Shown in pieces: positions 46,233 through 55,079 of a stretch of 64,000 nucleotides of DNA. A program made the position numbers and the translations under genes. This stretch comes from an uncultured Ruminococcus sp. (lineage in GTDB: Bacteria > Bacillota > Clostridia > Oscillospirales > Acutalibacteraceae): positions 8,766 through 72,765 of the forward strand of contig CACWVH010000002.1 in NCBI GenBank assembly GCA_902764235.1, read 5' to 3'. Within the stretch, counting starts at the first letter, position 1, and each line of letters opens with the position of its first letter. The notes beneath the pieces were generated by a model, which saw nothing but the letters and a program-made list of their open reading frames with translations, had not been told where the DNA came from and did not search any database.

Positions 46233-46283
46233 GAACATTTTATCTTTTCGCACAAAAATAATTATTCAGAATAAAAAACCGGA

Positions 46284-49200
46284 TCAATATACAAATACAA
46301 CATTTTCACTTCCTATACGTCTGCAAAGCTCTTTTATCATCACAGGATTCGGATCAACACGCATAGAATCAGGATCCTTCACTATTTTTCCGCTGTCTGT
46401 GAATTTTATGAATATGTGTTCAGGTCCGTCAAAAATATCAACGACCTGCATTGCCCTGATATATTCTTCACATTGGTCGTTTTTCAGTCTAAGATACAGT
46501 CCACGGGGTGTCTTTTTAGTGCCGGAGGATTTGCGGCTTTGAATATCAGATACGCTCTGAGGTGCCGGCAGAACCTTATCACAAACTATTTTGCACGGTT
46601 CGTCGTCCTTCCGGCTTACTGATCCTATCACCCTGAGAATCTTTCCTTCAGTAAGCAGACCTCCGTATTCGGTAAACTGCCTCGGAAAAACTATCATCTC
46701 AACTGCTCCGTATTTATCTTCAATATTGACAAATGCCATACGTGAATTATTTTTCGTGATTTTTGATCTAATCTTCGTTATCATGCATAATGCATCAATT
46801 TTCTTACCATCCGGATATAATTCGCTTTCGTCGCTGAGAATCTCATTCAGCCTTACGCTGCCCAGTGCTTCTGCTATTTCATCATATTGTGACATAGGAT
46901 GGCCGCTGAAATATATCCCTGTTACTTCTCTTTCCATCTCAAGAAGCTCACGGGTATTGAATTCCGCTGCTGAGGGAAGATCAGGTGAGACTGTATCCAT
47001 TCCTGCAACTGAAGAAAAAAAGTTGATCTGTCCGTCAAGGCTGCTTTGCTTTTCTCCTGCTATTATTTCCATAAATTTGTCGGATATTGTAAGCATCTGC
47101 CTTCTGTTTGCTCCAAGTCCGTCAAGTGAACCGCTCTTTATAAGATTTTCAAGTGATCTTTTATTCAGATCCCTGCCGTATACCCTGCTGCAAAAATCAT
47201 AAAAGCTTGTATATTTTCCTTCTCTTCTGTTATGTATTATAGAATCGATCAGTCCATGCCCAATATTTTTTATTGCCTTGAGTCCGAAACGAATGCTCTT
47301 ATCATTTACTGTGAAACCGGACTCGCTTTCATTGACACTCGGAGGAAGGACAACTATCCCATGCTTAGCACATTCGTCAAGATATACGGCAATTTTTCCG
47401 CTGTCTCCAAGTACGCTTGACATCAGCGCACAAAGGTATTCCCTTGGATAATGATATTTTACATATGCTGTCTGATATGAAATATATGCATATGCAGCGG
47501 CGTGTGCCCTGTTGAAGGCATAGGATGCAAAGCTTTCCATCTCTGAAAAAATGTCAAGCGCTGTCTGTTCATCTATCCCCCGTCTTATGCAGCCGTCAAC
47601 AAGTACATTCCCGTTTTCGTCTGTCAGTCCGTTTATAAAAATGACCTTTTCCTCATCCATGACTTTTTTCTTCTTTTTTGCCATTGCACGTCTTACTATA
47701 TCAGCTCTGCCAAGAGAATAGCCTGCAAGGCTGCGGAATATCTGCATGACCTGCTCCTGATATACTATACATCCGTACGTCACGTCCAGTATCGGTTTGA
47801 GAAGCGGATGCTTATATACGATCTTATCAGGAGAATGTCTGTTTTCGATATACCTCGGAATTGAATCCATCGGACCGGGTCGGTAAAGTGAAATTACCGC
47901 AATAATATCCTCGATGCTTTCCGGCTTGAGTCTTAACAGGACGCTTTTCATACCCTTTGATTCAAACTGAAATACTCCCTCGGTATCAGCCCGTGAATAC
48001 ATCTCGAAAACTGCCTTATCGTTGTCAGGGATCTTACGGATATCAAAGTCCGGCTCTGTCTTTCTTATCATATCCTGAGCGTAATTCAGTACAGTGAGGT
48101 TGCGAAGCCCGAGAAAATCCATTTTCAGAAGTCCAAGCTCATCAAGCTCCGTCATTGTATACTGGGTTACTACTGTATCGTCATTTTTTGCAAGAGGAAC
48201 ATATTCATTTACCGGCTTATCTGTTATAACCACACCGGCAGCGTGAGTGGTCGTATTTCTCGGCATACCCTCCAGCTTCAAGGCTGTATCGATAAGATCA
48301 CGGATGTTGCTTTCGGAATCGTAAAGCTTTTTGAACTCGTTTGATGTTTCAAGAGCTTTCTTAAGTGTGATATTAAGCTCTCTGGGAACAAGCTTTGCTG
48401 CTCTGTCACATACTGCATACGGAATATCAAGAACACGTCCTACATCACGTATAGCTGCTCTGGCTGCCATTGTACCAAAGGATATGATCTGTGCAACATG
48501 GTCAGCACCATATCTTCTTATTACATAATCAATAACCTCCTGACGGCGTTCTGTGCAGAAATCAATATCAAAATCAGGCATACTTACACGCTCGGGATTG
48601 AGAAAACGCTCAAAAAGAAGATCATATCTAATCGGATCAATTTCAGTTATACCTATACAGTATGCCGCAAGACTGCCTGCTCCTGAGCCTCTTCCGGCAC
48701 CGACCGGAATCCCGTGGGATTTTGCATAATTAACATAATCCGCAACTATCAGGAAATAATCTATATAACCCATCTGGGAAATAACACCTGTTTCATATTC
48801 AAGACGCTCTGTTATTTCCTTTGACGGATCATCACCGTAATATTTATGCAGACCTTCGCTGCAAAGCTTCCTGAAATAAGACAAATGATCTTCCGATCCA
48901 TCAGGAAGGTCAAACCTCGGCAGCTTGGTTTTCCCGAATTCAATTTCCAGATTGCACTTTTCCGCTATAAGAGCGGTATTGTCAATTGCCTGCGGCACAT
49001 CTGAAAACAAGCTGCGCATTTCCTGTTCGCTTTTAAGATAAAACTCCATTGTTGGAAATGCCATCGGGTTTTTTTCGTTTATCGTGTGGTTAGTCTGAAT
49101 ACAAAGAAGTATATTTTGAATCCGGCTGTCGTCCTTGGTGATATAATGACAGTCATTTGTTGCTGCAAGAGGTATGTCAAGCTCCCGGGACAAACGGATT

Positions 49201-49763
49201 AGACGGGGATTGATCTGCTTTTGCTCTGTGATCCCATGATCCTGAAGCTCTATATAATAATCTTCCCCGAAAACAGACTTATACCACTTTGCTGTCCGTA
49301 CAGCCTCATCATAATTACCGTTCATCAAAGCTCTCGGTATTTCTCCTGCAAGACAAGCAGACATGGCTATAAGACCCTCGTGATACTTTTCAAGAAGCTC
49401 GTGGTCAACTCTCGGCTTGCTGTAAAAGCCCTCTGTCCATGCCATAGAATTAAGCTTCAGAAGATTTTTATAGCCTGTTTCATTTTTGCAAAGAAGGATG
49501 AGATGTCTGTTCTCTCTGTCAAACTGAGAATCCCGGTCGTATCTTCTGCGGGGCGAGACATATACCTCACATCCTATGATCGGCTTGATTCCCTCTGCTT
49601 TTGCAGCTTTATAAAATTCAATAACTCCGTACATATTACCGTGATCTGTTATTGCAATGCTTGTCTGACCAAGTTCCTTTGCTTTTTTTATCAGCTCCGG
49701 TATTTTACTTGCACCATCAAGCAAGCTGTAAACCGTATGTACGTGTAAATGTGTAAACGCCAT
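46284..49763 (-). CDS. dnaE: DNA polymerase III alpha subunit (DnaE type)
   Basis: PHP domain start MAFTHLHVHTVYSLLDG, palm GSGAGSLAAYC and PDFDIDF, and an OB-fold C-terminus are present. The protein is 1159 aa. Confidence 0.96.
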   Translation of the reverse strand: MAFTHLHVHTVYSLLDGASKIPELIKKAKELGQTSIAITDHGNMYGVIEFYKAAKAEGIKPIIGCEVYVSPRRRYDRDSQFDRENRHLILLCKNETGYKNLLKLNSMAWTEGFYSKPRVDHELLEKYHEGLIAMSACLAGEIPRALMNGNYDEAVRTAKWYKSVFGEDYYIELQDHGITEQKQINPRLIRLSRELDIPLAATNDCHYITKDDSRIQNILLCIQTNHTINEKNPMAFPTMEFYLKSEQEMRSLFSDVPQAIDNTALIAEKCNLEIEFGKTKLPRFDLPDGSEDHLSYFRKLCSEGLHKYYGDDPSKEITERLEYETGVISQMGYIDYFLIVADYVNYAKSHGIPVGAGRGSGAGSLAAYCIGITEIDPIRYDLLFERFLNPERVSMPDFDIDFCTERRQEVIDYVIRRYGADHVAQIISFGTMAARAAIRDVGRVLDIPYAVCDRAAKLVPRELNITLKKALETSNEFKKLYDSESNIRDLIDTALKLEGMPRNTTTHAAGVVITDKPVNEYVPLAKNDDTVVTQYTMTELDELGLLKMDFLGLRNLTVLNYAQDMIRKTEPDFDIRKIPDNDKAVFEMYSRADTEGVFQFESKGMKSVLLRLKPESIEDIIAVISLYRPGPMDSIPRYIENRHSPDKIVYKHPLLKPILDVTYGCIVYQEQVMQIFRSLAGYSLGRADIVRRAMAKKKKKVMDEEKVIFINGLTDENGNVLVDGCIRRGIDEQTALDIFSEMESFASYAFNRAHAAAYAYISYQTAYVKYHYPREYLCALMSSVLGDSGKIAVYLDECAKHGIVVLPPSVNESESGFTVNDKSIRFGLKAIKNIGHGLIDSIIHNRREGKYTSFYDFCSRVYGRDLNKRSLENLIKSGSLDGLGANRRQMLTISDKFMEIIAGEKQSSLDGQINFFSSVAGMDTVSPDLPSAAEFNTRELLEMEREVTGIYFSGHPMSQYDEIAEALGSVRLNEILSDESELYPDGKKIDALCMITKIRSKITKNNSRMAFVNIEDKYGAVEMIVFPRQFTEYGGLLTEGKILRVIGSVSRKDDEPCKIVCDKVLPAPQSVSDIQSRKSSGTKKTPRGLYLRLKNDQCEEYIRAMQVVDIFDGPEHIFIKFTDSGKIVKDPDSMRVDPNPVMIKELCRRIGSENVVFVY

Positions 49764-49788
49764 TTCCGCTCTCCTTGTGTTTTTTCAT

Positions 49789-50313
49789 CTATTTATTCCA
49801 CACGATCTCATACAGAACCTCATCACTATCTTCTGTGGAATTCCGGTTTCTGCGTCCGCTGTACTTTGATTTGATCTGCATTCCGATTTTTTCCATAACT
49901 CTTATGGATGCATAGTTTTCTGCATCTGCATGAGCAATAAATCTTGTAGTATCAAAACAACCGGCAATATGATCCATAAAGCAAATGGCTGCTTCCGCAG
50001 CATATCCTCTGCCCCAATGTTCCTTATCTATTATCCAGCCAAGCTCACCTGTTGAATGATCCTCAGAAAACTCTATGCTTACCGCACCGATATGACAATC
50101 GTCAAGTATAATCGCCGCATCAAGATATTCCGGCTTTTCACGCTTCCATTGTGCTTCGCATTTTTCGAGATAATCCATTACCTCTTTTTCATCATCACAT
50201 GGAAGAAAACACATCATTTTTGTATTTTCAGGATCTGTAGAGTATTTTTTAGTTGTATTATAATGTTTTGTTCCAAGAGGTACCAGCACCAGTCTTTCTG
50301 TAAATAGCTTCAT
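49789..50313 (-). CDS. GNAT-family N-acetyltransferase (RimJ/RimL-like)
   Basis: GELGWIIDKEHWGRGYAAEA (acetyl-CoA loop) and ENYASIRVMEKIGM are present. Confidence 0.85.
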   Translation of the reverse strand: MKLFTERLVLVPLGTKHYNTTKKYSTDPENTKMMCFLPCDDEKEVMDYLEKCEAQWKREKPEYLDAAIILDDCHIGAVSIEFSEDHSTGELGWIIDKEHWGRGYAAEAAICFMDHIAGCFDTTRFIAHADAENYASIRVMEKIGMQIKSKYSGRRNRNSTEDSDEVLYEIVWNK

Positions 50314-50332
50314 TTTTTCTCCTTAACCGTTA

Positions 50333-51472
50333 TTACTGTTTATTTTCTTTTTTATTTCTGAAATACATATATACCTGACATTTTATCATTCCGTTATATA
50401 GCTTGCGCCGTTTGTCTGCTTGTCTGCCGAAATTGCGTTCAAAATTATCATCGGGACTGATTACAGTATAGCTGTAGCCCTGACGCTGAATGAATTTTTC
50501 ACCCATTGTACGATAAAGCTCTCTTGCCTGCTCAATATCAAGCAGTCTTTCGCCATATGGCGGATTAGCAATGATCGCAGCACGTTCATGGTCAGATCGG
50601 AAATCTGCAATAGAGCGACGCTCAACATGAATACGTTTTTCAACACCTGCCTTTTCCGCATTTGCAATTGTCAACTCCAGAGCATTCGGATCAATATCAT
50701 ATCCATATGCCTGAAATTCAGCGTTATGATTTATAAGATCAAGGCATCTTGTTCTTTCCTCCGACCATATCTCAGAAGGAATGCAGTTCCATTTCTCTGC
50801 TGCAAAGCTTCTTTTCAGCCCCGGCGCTATATTCATTGCTTTAAGTGCAGATTCGATGAGTATTGTGCCTGAACCGCAGAAGGGGTCAATAACCGTGCTG
50901 AAAGGACGGACATGAGAAAGATCAGCCATTGCAGCAGCAAGTGTTTCTTTTATAGGTGCTGCTGTAGCATCACGACGGTAGCCTCTTTTATGTAGCCCAT
51001 CACCGGAAGTATCAAGCAATATGCTTACCTCATCCTTCATTATCAGAAACTGTATCTGATGACGGCTGCCGGTTTCATCGAACCAGCTTTTCCCGTATTT
51101 TGCTGAAAGTCTGCTGACAACAGCTTTTTTTATGATCTTCTGACAATCCGGTATACTTGCAAGCTTAGAATTAACACTATGACCTTTTACCGGGAATGAT
51201 TCGTTCTCTGAGATCCAGTTCTCCCATGGAATTTCTTTTACTCCCTGAAACAGATCCTCAAAGCTGTATGCTTTGAACCGTCCTAGAAGTATATGTACTC
51301 TTTCTGCATATCTTGAACACAGGTTTACTCTTGCAAGTGTAGAAAAATCACCTTCAAAAAGTACCTTTCCGTTTTCTGCTTTTACATTATCGATATCCAT
51401 TCTTTTCAGCTCATCTGCGCATATGCCTTCAATACCAAACAGACATGGCGCTGAAAACTGTATTTTATCCAT
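50333..51472 (-). CDS. THUMP-domain class I SAM-dependent RNA methyltransferase (RlmK/L-, YpsC-like)
   Basis: A THUMP N-terminus is followed by DPFCGSGTILIE (motif I) and NPPYGERL (motif IV). I prefer the start at ATG 51472 (MDKIQF), which has a GGGAGG SD. Confidence 0.88.
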   Translation of the reverse strand: MDKIQFSAPCLFGIEGICADELKRMDIDNVKAENGKVLFEGDFSTLARVNLCSRYAERVHILLGRFKAYSFEDLFQGVKEIPWENWISENESFPVKGHSVNSKLASIPDCQKIIKKAVVSRLSAKYGKSWFDETGSRHQIQFLIMKDEVSILLDTSGDGLHKRGYRRDATAAPIKETLAAAMADLSHVRPFSTVIDPFCGSGTILIESALKAMNIAPGLKRSFAAEKWNCIPSEIWSEERTRCLDLINHNAEFQAYGYDIDPNALELTIANAEKAGVEKRIHVERRSIADFRSDHERAAIIANPPYGERLLDIEQARELYRTMGEKFIQRQGYSYTVISPDDNFERNFGRQADKRRKLYNGMIKCQVYMYFRNKKENKQ

Positions 51473-51565
51473 TGTTTTTTCCTCCCGTTTTAACTTTTCC
51501 CCGGAACAGAACATATCTGTATTTCAATAATATCTCAGATCAGTTCAAGGAACACTTTTTCTAAA

Positions 51566-51594
51566 ATTATAACATACGAAACTGCTAAATTCAA
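51566..51594 (-). promoter_or_regulatory. Candidate promoter of the THUMP methyltransferase gene
   Basis: Minus strand reads TTGAAT, 17 nt, TATAAT. It begins 6 nt from the GC-rich end of repeat copy C. Confidence 0.55.
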
Positions 51595-51597
51595 TAA

Positions 51598-51750
51598 AAT
51601 CCGCCCGCCGGAGGAGTGCCTCCACTGTCAATTCTGCGGAGTTTAATTCATTTTCGCTTTTCTCTTACACACCAGCCGAAAATATCGAAGTTGCGGTCAA
51701 GGCTTTCCACTGACAAATAATTTTATGTCGGTTGATTATAGTCAATTTAG
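51598..51750. repeat. Copy C of the dispersed intergenic repeat family (inverted orientation relative to copies A/B)
   Basis: gtcggttgattatagt (51727-51742) is the exact reverse complement of actataatcaaccgac (34755-34770). The segment agccgaaaatatcgaagttgcggtcaaggcttt is the reverse-complement homologue of aaagcctgaaccgcgacttcgacggtatcggct (34791-). Confidence 0.75.
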
Positions 51751-51846
51751 ACTTTTTTACTTCAAGGTAAGATACATTTTATATATTCGTTATTTGTTAT
51801 AAATCAGTAATTAATATTATTTTTTGTAAAAACTATTGAAAAATTA

Positions 51847-51875
51847 TTGATAATATGTTATTATACTTATATAAA
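51847..51875 (+). promoter_or_regulatory. Candidate promoter of the hydrogenase-maturase operon
   Basis: TTGATA, 17 nt, TATAAA. It predicts a 5' UTR of about 180 nt. Confidence 0.5.
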
Positions 51876-51884
51876 CGGTTGAAT

Positions 51885-52035
51885 GACGAGCTTTGTGCTT
51901 GCCTGAAACTACTTTTTTAAAATTTACGGCTGATACAAAAGGTTCGTCCTGTGCAAAAGGTGTAATGCATATTTTTATTGCTTCATTTCTTATGGAGCTG
52001 TTTGTTTATGCACCTTTCAGGGTGCTTTTTCTTTT
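51885..52035 (+). promoter_or_regulatory. Structured leader with terminator/antiterminator-like alternative pairings
   Basis: - Basal helix: gacgagc (51885) pairs with ggttcgtc (51941).
- Terminator-like hairpin: gcacc-tttcag-ggtgc (52010-52025) followed by TTTTTCTTTT.
- Alternative pairing: aaagg..tgcata (51956-51971) pairs with tatgca-ccttt (52007-52017), which competes for the 5' arm of the terminator hairpin. Confidence 0.35.
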
Positions 52036-52060
52036 GTATGCCAAAAAGGAGTAATGACTA

Positions 52061-52306
52061 ATGGAAAACCACGTATCAATTATCAGCATTATCGTTGAAA
52101 ACCCGGAATCTACCGATAAGCTTAATGACCTTCTTCACGAATACAGCAGCTATATTATCGGAAGAATGGGTCTTCCCTATCGTGAGAAAAAGATCAATAT
52201 CATCAGTATCGCTCTCGATGCACCTACGGACGTCATAAATACACTTGCAGGTAAGATCGGTATGCTTGACGGTATAAGCTCAAAGGCTGTCTGTTCAAAT
52301 GTTTAA
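52061..52306 (+). CDS. TM1266-family small ACT/NikR-C-like protein (putative iron-only hydrogenase system regulator)
   Basis: 81 aa with VSIISIIVENPESTDKLNDLLHEYSSYIIGRMGLPYREKKINIISIALDAP, typical of the family encoded next to hydE/hydG. An AAGGAG SD is present. Confidence 0.75.
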   Translation: MENHVSIISIIVENPESTDKLNDLLHEYSSYIIGRMGLPYREKKINIISIALDAPTDVINTLAGKIGMLDGISSKAVCSNV

Positions 52307-52309
52307 GCT

Positions 52310-53359
52310 ATGAAAACACTTATCGACAAGCTTGAAAAAGAGCATATTCTAAGCAAGGATGAATATAAGACTCTCATCACGGGATATGATTCCGGGCTTT
52401 CAGATTATCTTTTTCAAAAAGCACGTGATATCAGAGAAAAAGCCTACGGCAAAAAGGTATATACACGCGGTCTGATCGAGTTTACAAATTTTTGCAAAAA
52501 TGACTGCCTGTACTGCGGTATAAGACGTAGCAACAGAAATTCAGAGCGTTATCGCCTTAGCAAGGATGATATAATGCTTTGCTGCAAGGAAGGCTATGAG
52601 CTTGGCTTTCGTACCTTTGTTCTACAGGGCGGTGAGGATCCGTTTTACACAGATGAGCTTATGACCGATATCATAAGCTCTGTAAAAAGTACCTATCCGG
52701 ACTGTGCTCTGACCCTCTCCATTGGCGAAAAGGAGCATAAAAGCTATCAGGCTTATTTTGACGCAGGCGCAGACAGATATCTTCTCAGGCATGAAACGGC
52801 TGATCCGGGGCATTATTCAATGCTACACCCTTCAGAGCTTTCATGGCAGAACAGGATAAACTGTCTGTACGATCTCAAAGCAATAGGTTATCAGGTGGGC
52901 TGCGGATTTATGGTCGGTTCTCCATACCAGACAGCAGATGATCTTGCAAAGGAATTACTTTTTCTGAAAAGGCTTGATCCACAGATGGTAGGAATCGGTC
53001 CGTTTATCGCACATCACGATACTCCCTTTGCGAACGAAAAAAGCGGAACACTTGAGCTTACTTTGTTTATGCTCGGTCTGGTCAGACTTACTCTGCCTGA
53101 TGTTCTGCTGCCGTCAACAACAGCTCTGGGTACAATACATCCACTTGGTCGTGAAAAAGGTATACTTGCCGGAGCTAATGTTGTTATGCCAAACCTGTCG
53201 CCTGTTTCTGTGCGCAAAAAATATATGCTTTATGATAATAAGATATGCACGGGTGATGAAGCTGCGGAATGCAGATACTGCCTGCAAAAGCGTATGGAAT
53301 CTATCGGCTATCAGGTTGTTACTGACAGAGGCGATCACAAACCCCTGTTTAATCATTAA
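52310..53359 (+). CDS. hydE: [FeFe]-hydrogenase H-cluster radical SAM maturase HydE
   Basis: Biotin-synthase-like protein of 349 aa with the radical SAM motif CKNDCLYCGIRRSN. Operon context also supports the call. Confidence 0.88.
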   Translation: MKTLIDKLEKEHILSKDEYKTLITGYDSGLSDYLFQKARDIREKAYGKKVYTRGLIEFTNFCKNDCLYCGIRRSNRNSERYRLSKDDIMLCCKEGYELGFRTFVLQGGEDPFYTDELMTDIISSVKSTYPDCALTLSIGEKEHKSYQAYFDAGADRYLLRHETADPGHYSMLHPSELSWQNRINCLYDLKAIGYQVGCGFMVGSPYQTADDLAKELLFLKRLDPQMVGIGPFIAHHDTPFANEKSGTLELTLFMLGLVRLTLPDVLLPSTTALGTIHPLGREKGILAGANVVMPNLSPVSVRKKYMLYDNKICTGDEAAECRYCLQKRMESIGYQVVTDRGDHKPLFNH

Positions 53360-53385
53360 TATATAAAACAGAAAGAAGAATAGAA

Positions 53386-54840
53386 ATGTCATATGATCCG
53401 AAATCCCTCAAGGCAGAGGAATTTATTAACCATGAAGAAATACTCGAAACTCTTGCTTATGCAGACGCTAACAAGCATAATAAAGAGCTTATCGAACAGA
53501 TACTTGAAAAAGCAAAACCGAAAAAAACAGGCAGAGGTGTTGAATGTGCAGGTCTTACTCACAGAGAAGCAAGTGTTCTTCTTGCCTGTGATATTCCTGA
53601 AATGACGGAAAAAATGTACGACCTTGCCAGAGAAATAAAGGAAGCTTTTTACGGCAATCGTATTGTAATGTTTGCTCCGCTGTATCTTTCCAATTACTGT
53701 GTGAATAAATGCGTGTACTGCCCATATCACTATCAGAATAAGGAGATACCGAGAAAGAAGCTTACTCAGGAAGAAGTAAAGGCTGAGGTTATTGCACTTC
53801 AGGATATGGGTCACAAGCGTCTTGCCATTGAAAGCGGAGAGGACCCGGTAAACAATCCTATTGAATATATACTTGACTGCATAAAAACTATTTACAGCAT
53901 CAAGCATAAAAATGGAGCGATCCGCCGAGTTAACGTCAATATAGCTGCTACAACAGTAGAAAATTACAAAAAGCTGCATGATGCAGGTATCGGCACATAC
54001 ATTCTGTTCCAGGAAACCTACCACAAGGAAAGCTATGAAAAGCTTCATCCGGCTGGACCTAAGCACAATTATGACTATCATACCGAAGCTATGGACAGGG
54101 CTATGGAGGGCGGCATTGATGATGTTGGTCTCGGTGTTCTCTTTGGCCTTGAGATGTACCGCTATGAATTTGCAGGAATACTGATGCACGCTGAGCATCT
54201 TGAAGCTGTTCATGGAGTTGGTCCGCATACTATCAGTGTACCGAGAATCAAGCGTGCAGCTGATATTGACCCTGATGTTTTCGATAATGGTATTGATGAT
54301 GATACATTTGCCAAGATTATTGCCTGTATCAGAATTGCCGTCCCCTACACCGGCATGATAATCTCCACAAGAGAAAGCGAGGCCTGTCGTGACAAGGTTA
54401 TGGGACTGGGCATATCCCAGATATCCGGCGGTTCAAGAACATCTGTCGGAGGTTATGCCGGCTATACTCCGGATGAAAGACCACATGACACAGAGCAGTT
54501 TGATGTATCCGACCAGAGAAGCCTTGACGAGGTTGTCCGCTGGCTTATGGAAAAGGGTTATATTCCCTCATTCTGCACCGCCTGCTATCGTGAGGGCAGA
54601 ACCGGAGACCGCTTCATGGCTTTATGCAAGGTGGGACAGATACAGAACTGCTGTCACCCGAATGCGCTTATGACATTGCAGGAGTTCCTCACTGACTATG
54701 CAAGCCCCGAAACAAAGAAGATTGGTGAGGAGCTTATCAGGCGTGAAATTCAGAATGTTCCCGATCCGAAACGCCGTCAGCGGGCAATTGACTATCTTGA
54801 TGAAATTGTTAATGAGGGTAAGAGGGATTTCAGATTCTGA
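53386..54840 (+). CDS. hydG: [FeFe]-hydrogenase H-cluster radical SAM maturase HydG
   Basis: ThiH-like protein of 484 aa with CVNKCVYCPY and the C-terminal auxiliary-cluster region CTACYREGRTGDRF..CCHPNA. Confidence 0.9.
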   Translation: MSYDPKSLKAEEFINHEEILETLAYADANKHNKELIEQILEKAKPKKTGRGVECAGLTHREASVLLACDIPEMTEKMYDLAREIKEAFYGNRIVMFAPLYLSNYCVNKCVYCPYHYQNKEIPRKKLTQEEVKAEVIALQDMGHKRLAIESGEDPVNNPIEYILDCIKTIYSIKHKNGAIRRVNVNIAATTVENYKKLHDAGIGTYILFQETYHKESYEKLHPAGPKHNYDYHTEAMDRAMEGGIDDVGLGVLFGLEMYRYEFAGILMHAEHLEAVHGVGPHTISVPRIKRAADIDPDVFDNGIDDDTFAKIIACIRIAVPYTGMIISTRESEACRDKVMGLGISQISGGSRTSVGGYAGYTPDERPHDTEQFDVSDQRSLDEVVRWLMEKGYIPSFCTACYREGRTGDRFMALCKVGQIQNCCHPNALMTLQEFLTDYASPETKKIGEELIRREIQNVPDPKRRQRAIDYLDEIVNEGKRDFRF

Positions 54841-54857
54841 TAATGAGGTAAAAGCTG

Positions 54858-55079
54858 ATGAATGATATACAAAAGCATGATTCACATACCTTAAAACACA
54901 AAATATTATCAATTATTGCTATATTAATACCTGAATCCGTGAAACTCATTATTGATTGTTCTGAAAAACCCAGAGATAATGCGTTGTTTTATGCATTTCA
55001 GGTTTTTAAGTTGTTCACCCAGGATTCAGGTAATAGTAATAGGAACAGTATTATTCTTTACAGTACCCAAAGTATATGA
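54858..55079 (+). CDS. Short SD-led ORF overlapping the next ORF in another frame (possible 5' part of a frameshifted gene)
   Basis: A GAGGT SD lies 8 nt before the ATG at 54858. The 73-aa product is MNDIQKHDSHTLKHKILSIIAILIPES... It overlaps 54952-55656, which is in the +1 frame. Confidence 0.3.
   Translation: MNDIQKHDSHTLKHKILSIIAILIPESVKLIIDCSEKPRDNALFYAFQVFKLFTQDSGNSNRNSIILYSTQSI

Noticed and set aside
46067-46283. Possible M-box (ykoK) Mg2+ riboswitch upstream of corA
   Set aside because: The transcribed leader is only about 130 nt. I could not find the conserved M-box core sequences as I remember them from the B. subtilis mgtE leader. The small ORF plus alternative helices explain the region better, although a covariance-model scan would settle it.
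51965-52054. 29-codon hydrophobic ORF (MHIFIASFLMELFVYAPFRVLFLLYAKKE) inside the hyd leader
   Set aside because: The SD-like AAGGUG is only 2-4 nt from the AUG. The ORF runs straight through the terminator-like hairpin and U-tract, whose U-richness explains the Phe/Leu content. It is probably fortuitous, but leader-peptide attenuation cannot be excluded.
53389-54228. 279-aa ORF antisense to hydG
   Set aside because: The plus strand encodes a textbook HydG with radical SAM and C-terminal cluster motifs. The antisense product is F/I/L/K/C-rich nonsense with no SD, typical of a shadow ORF in a codon-biased gene.
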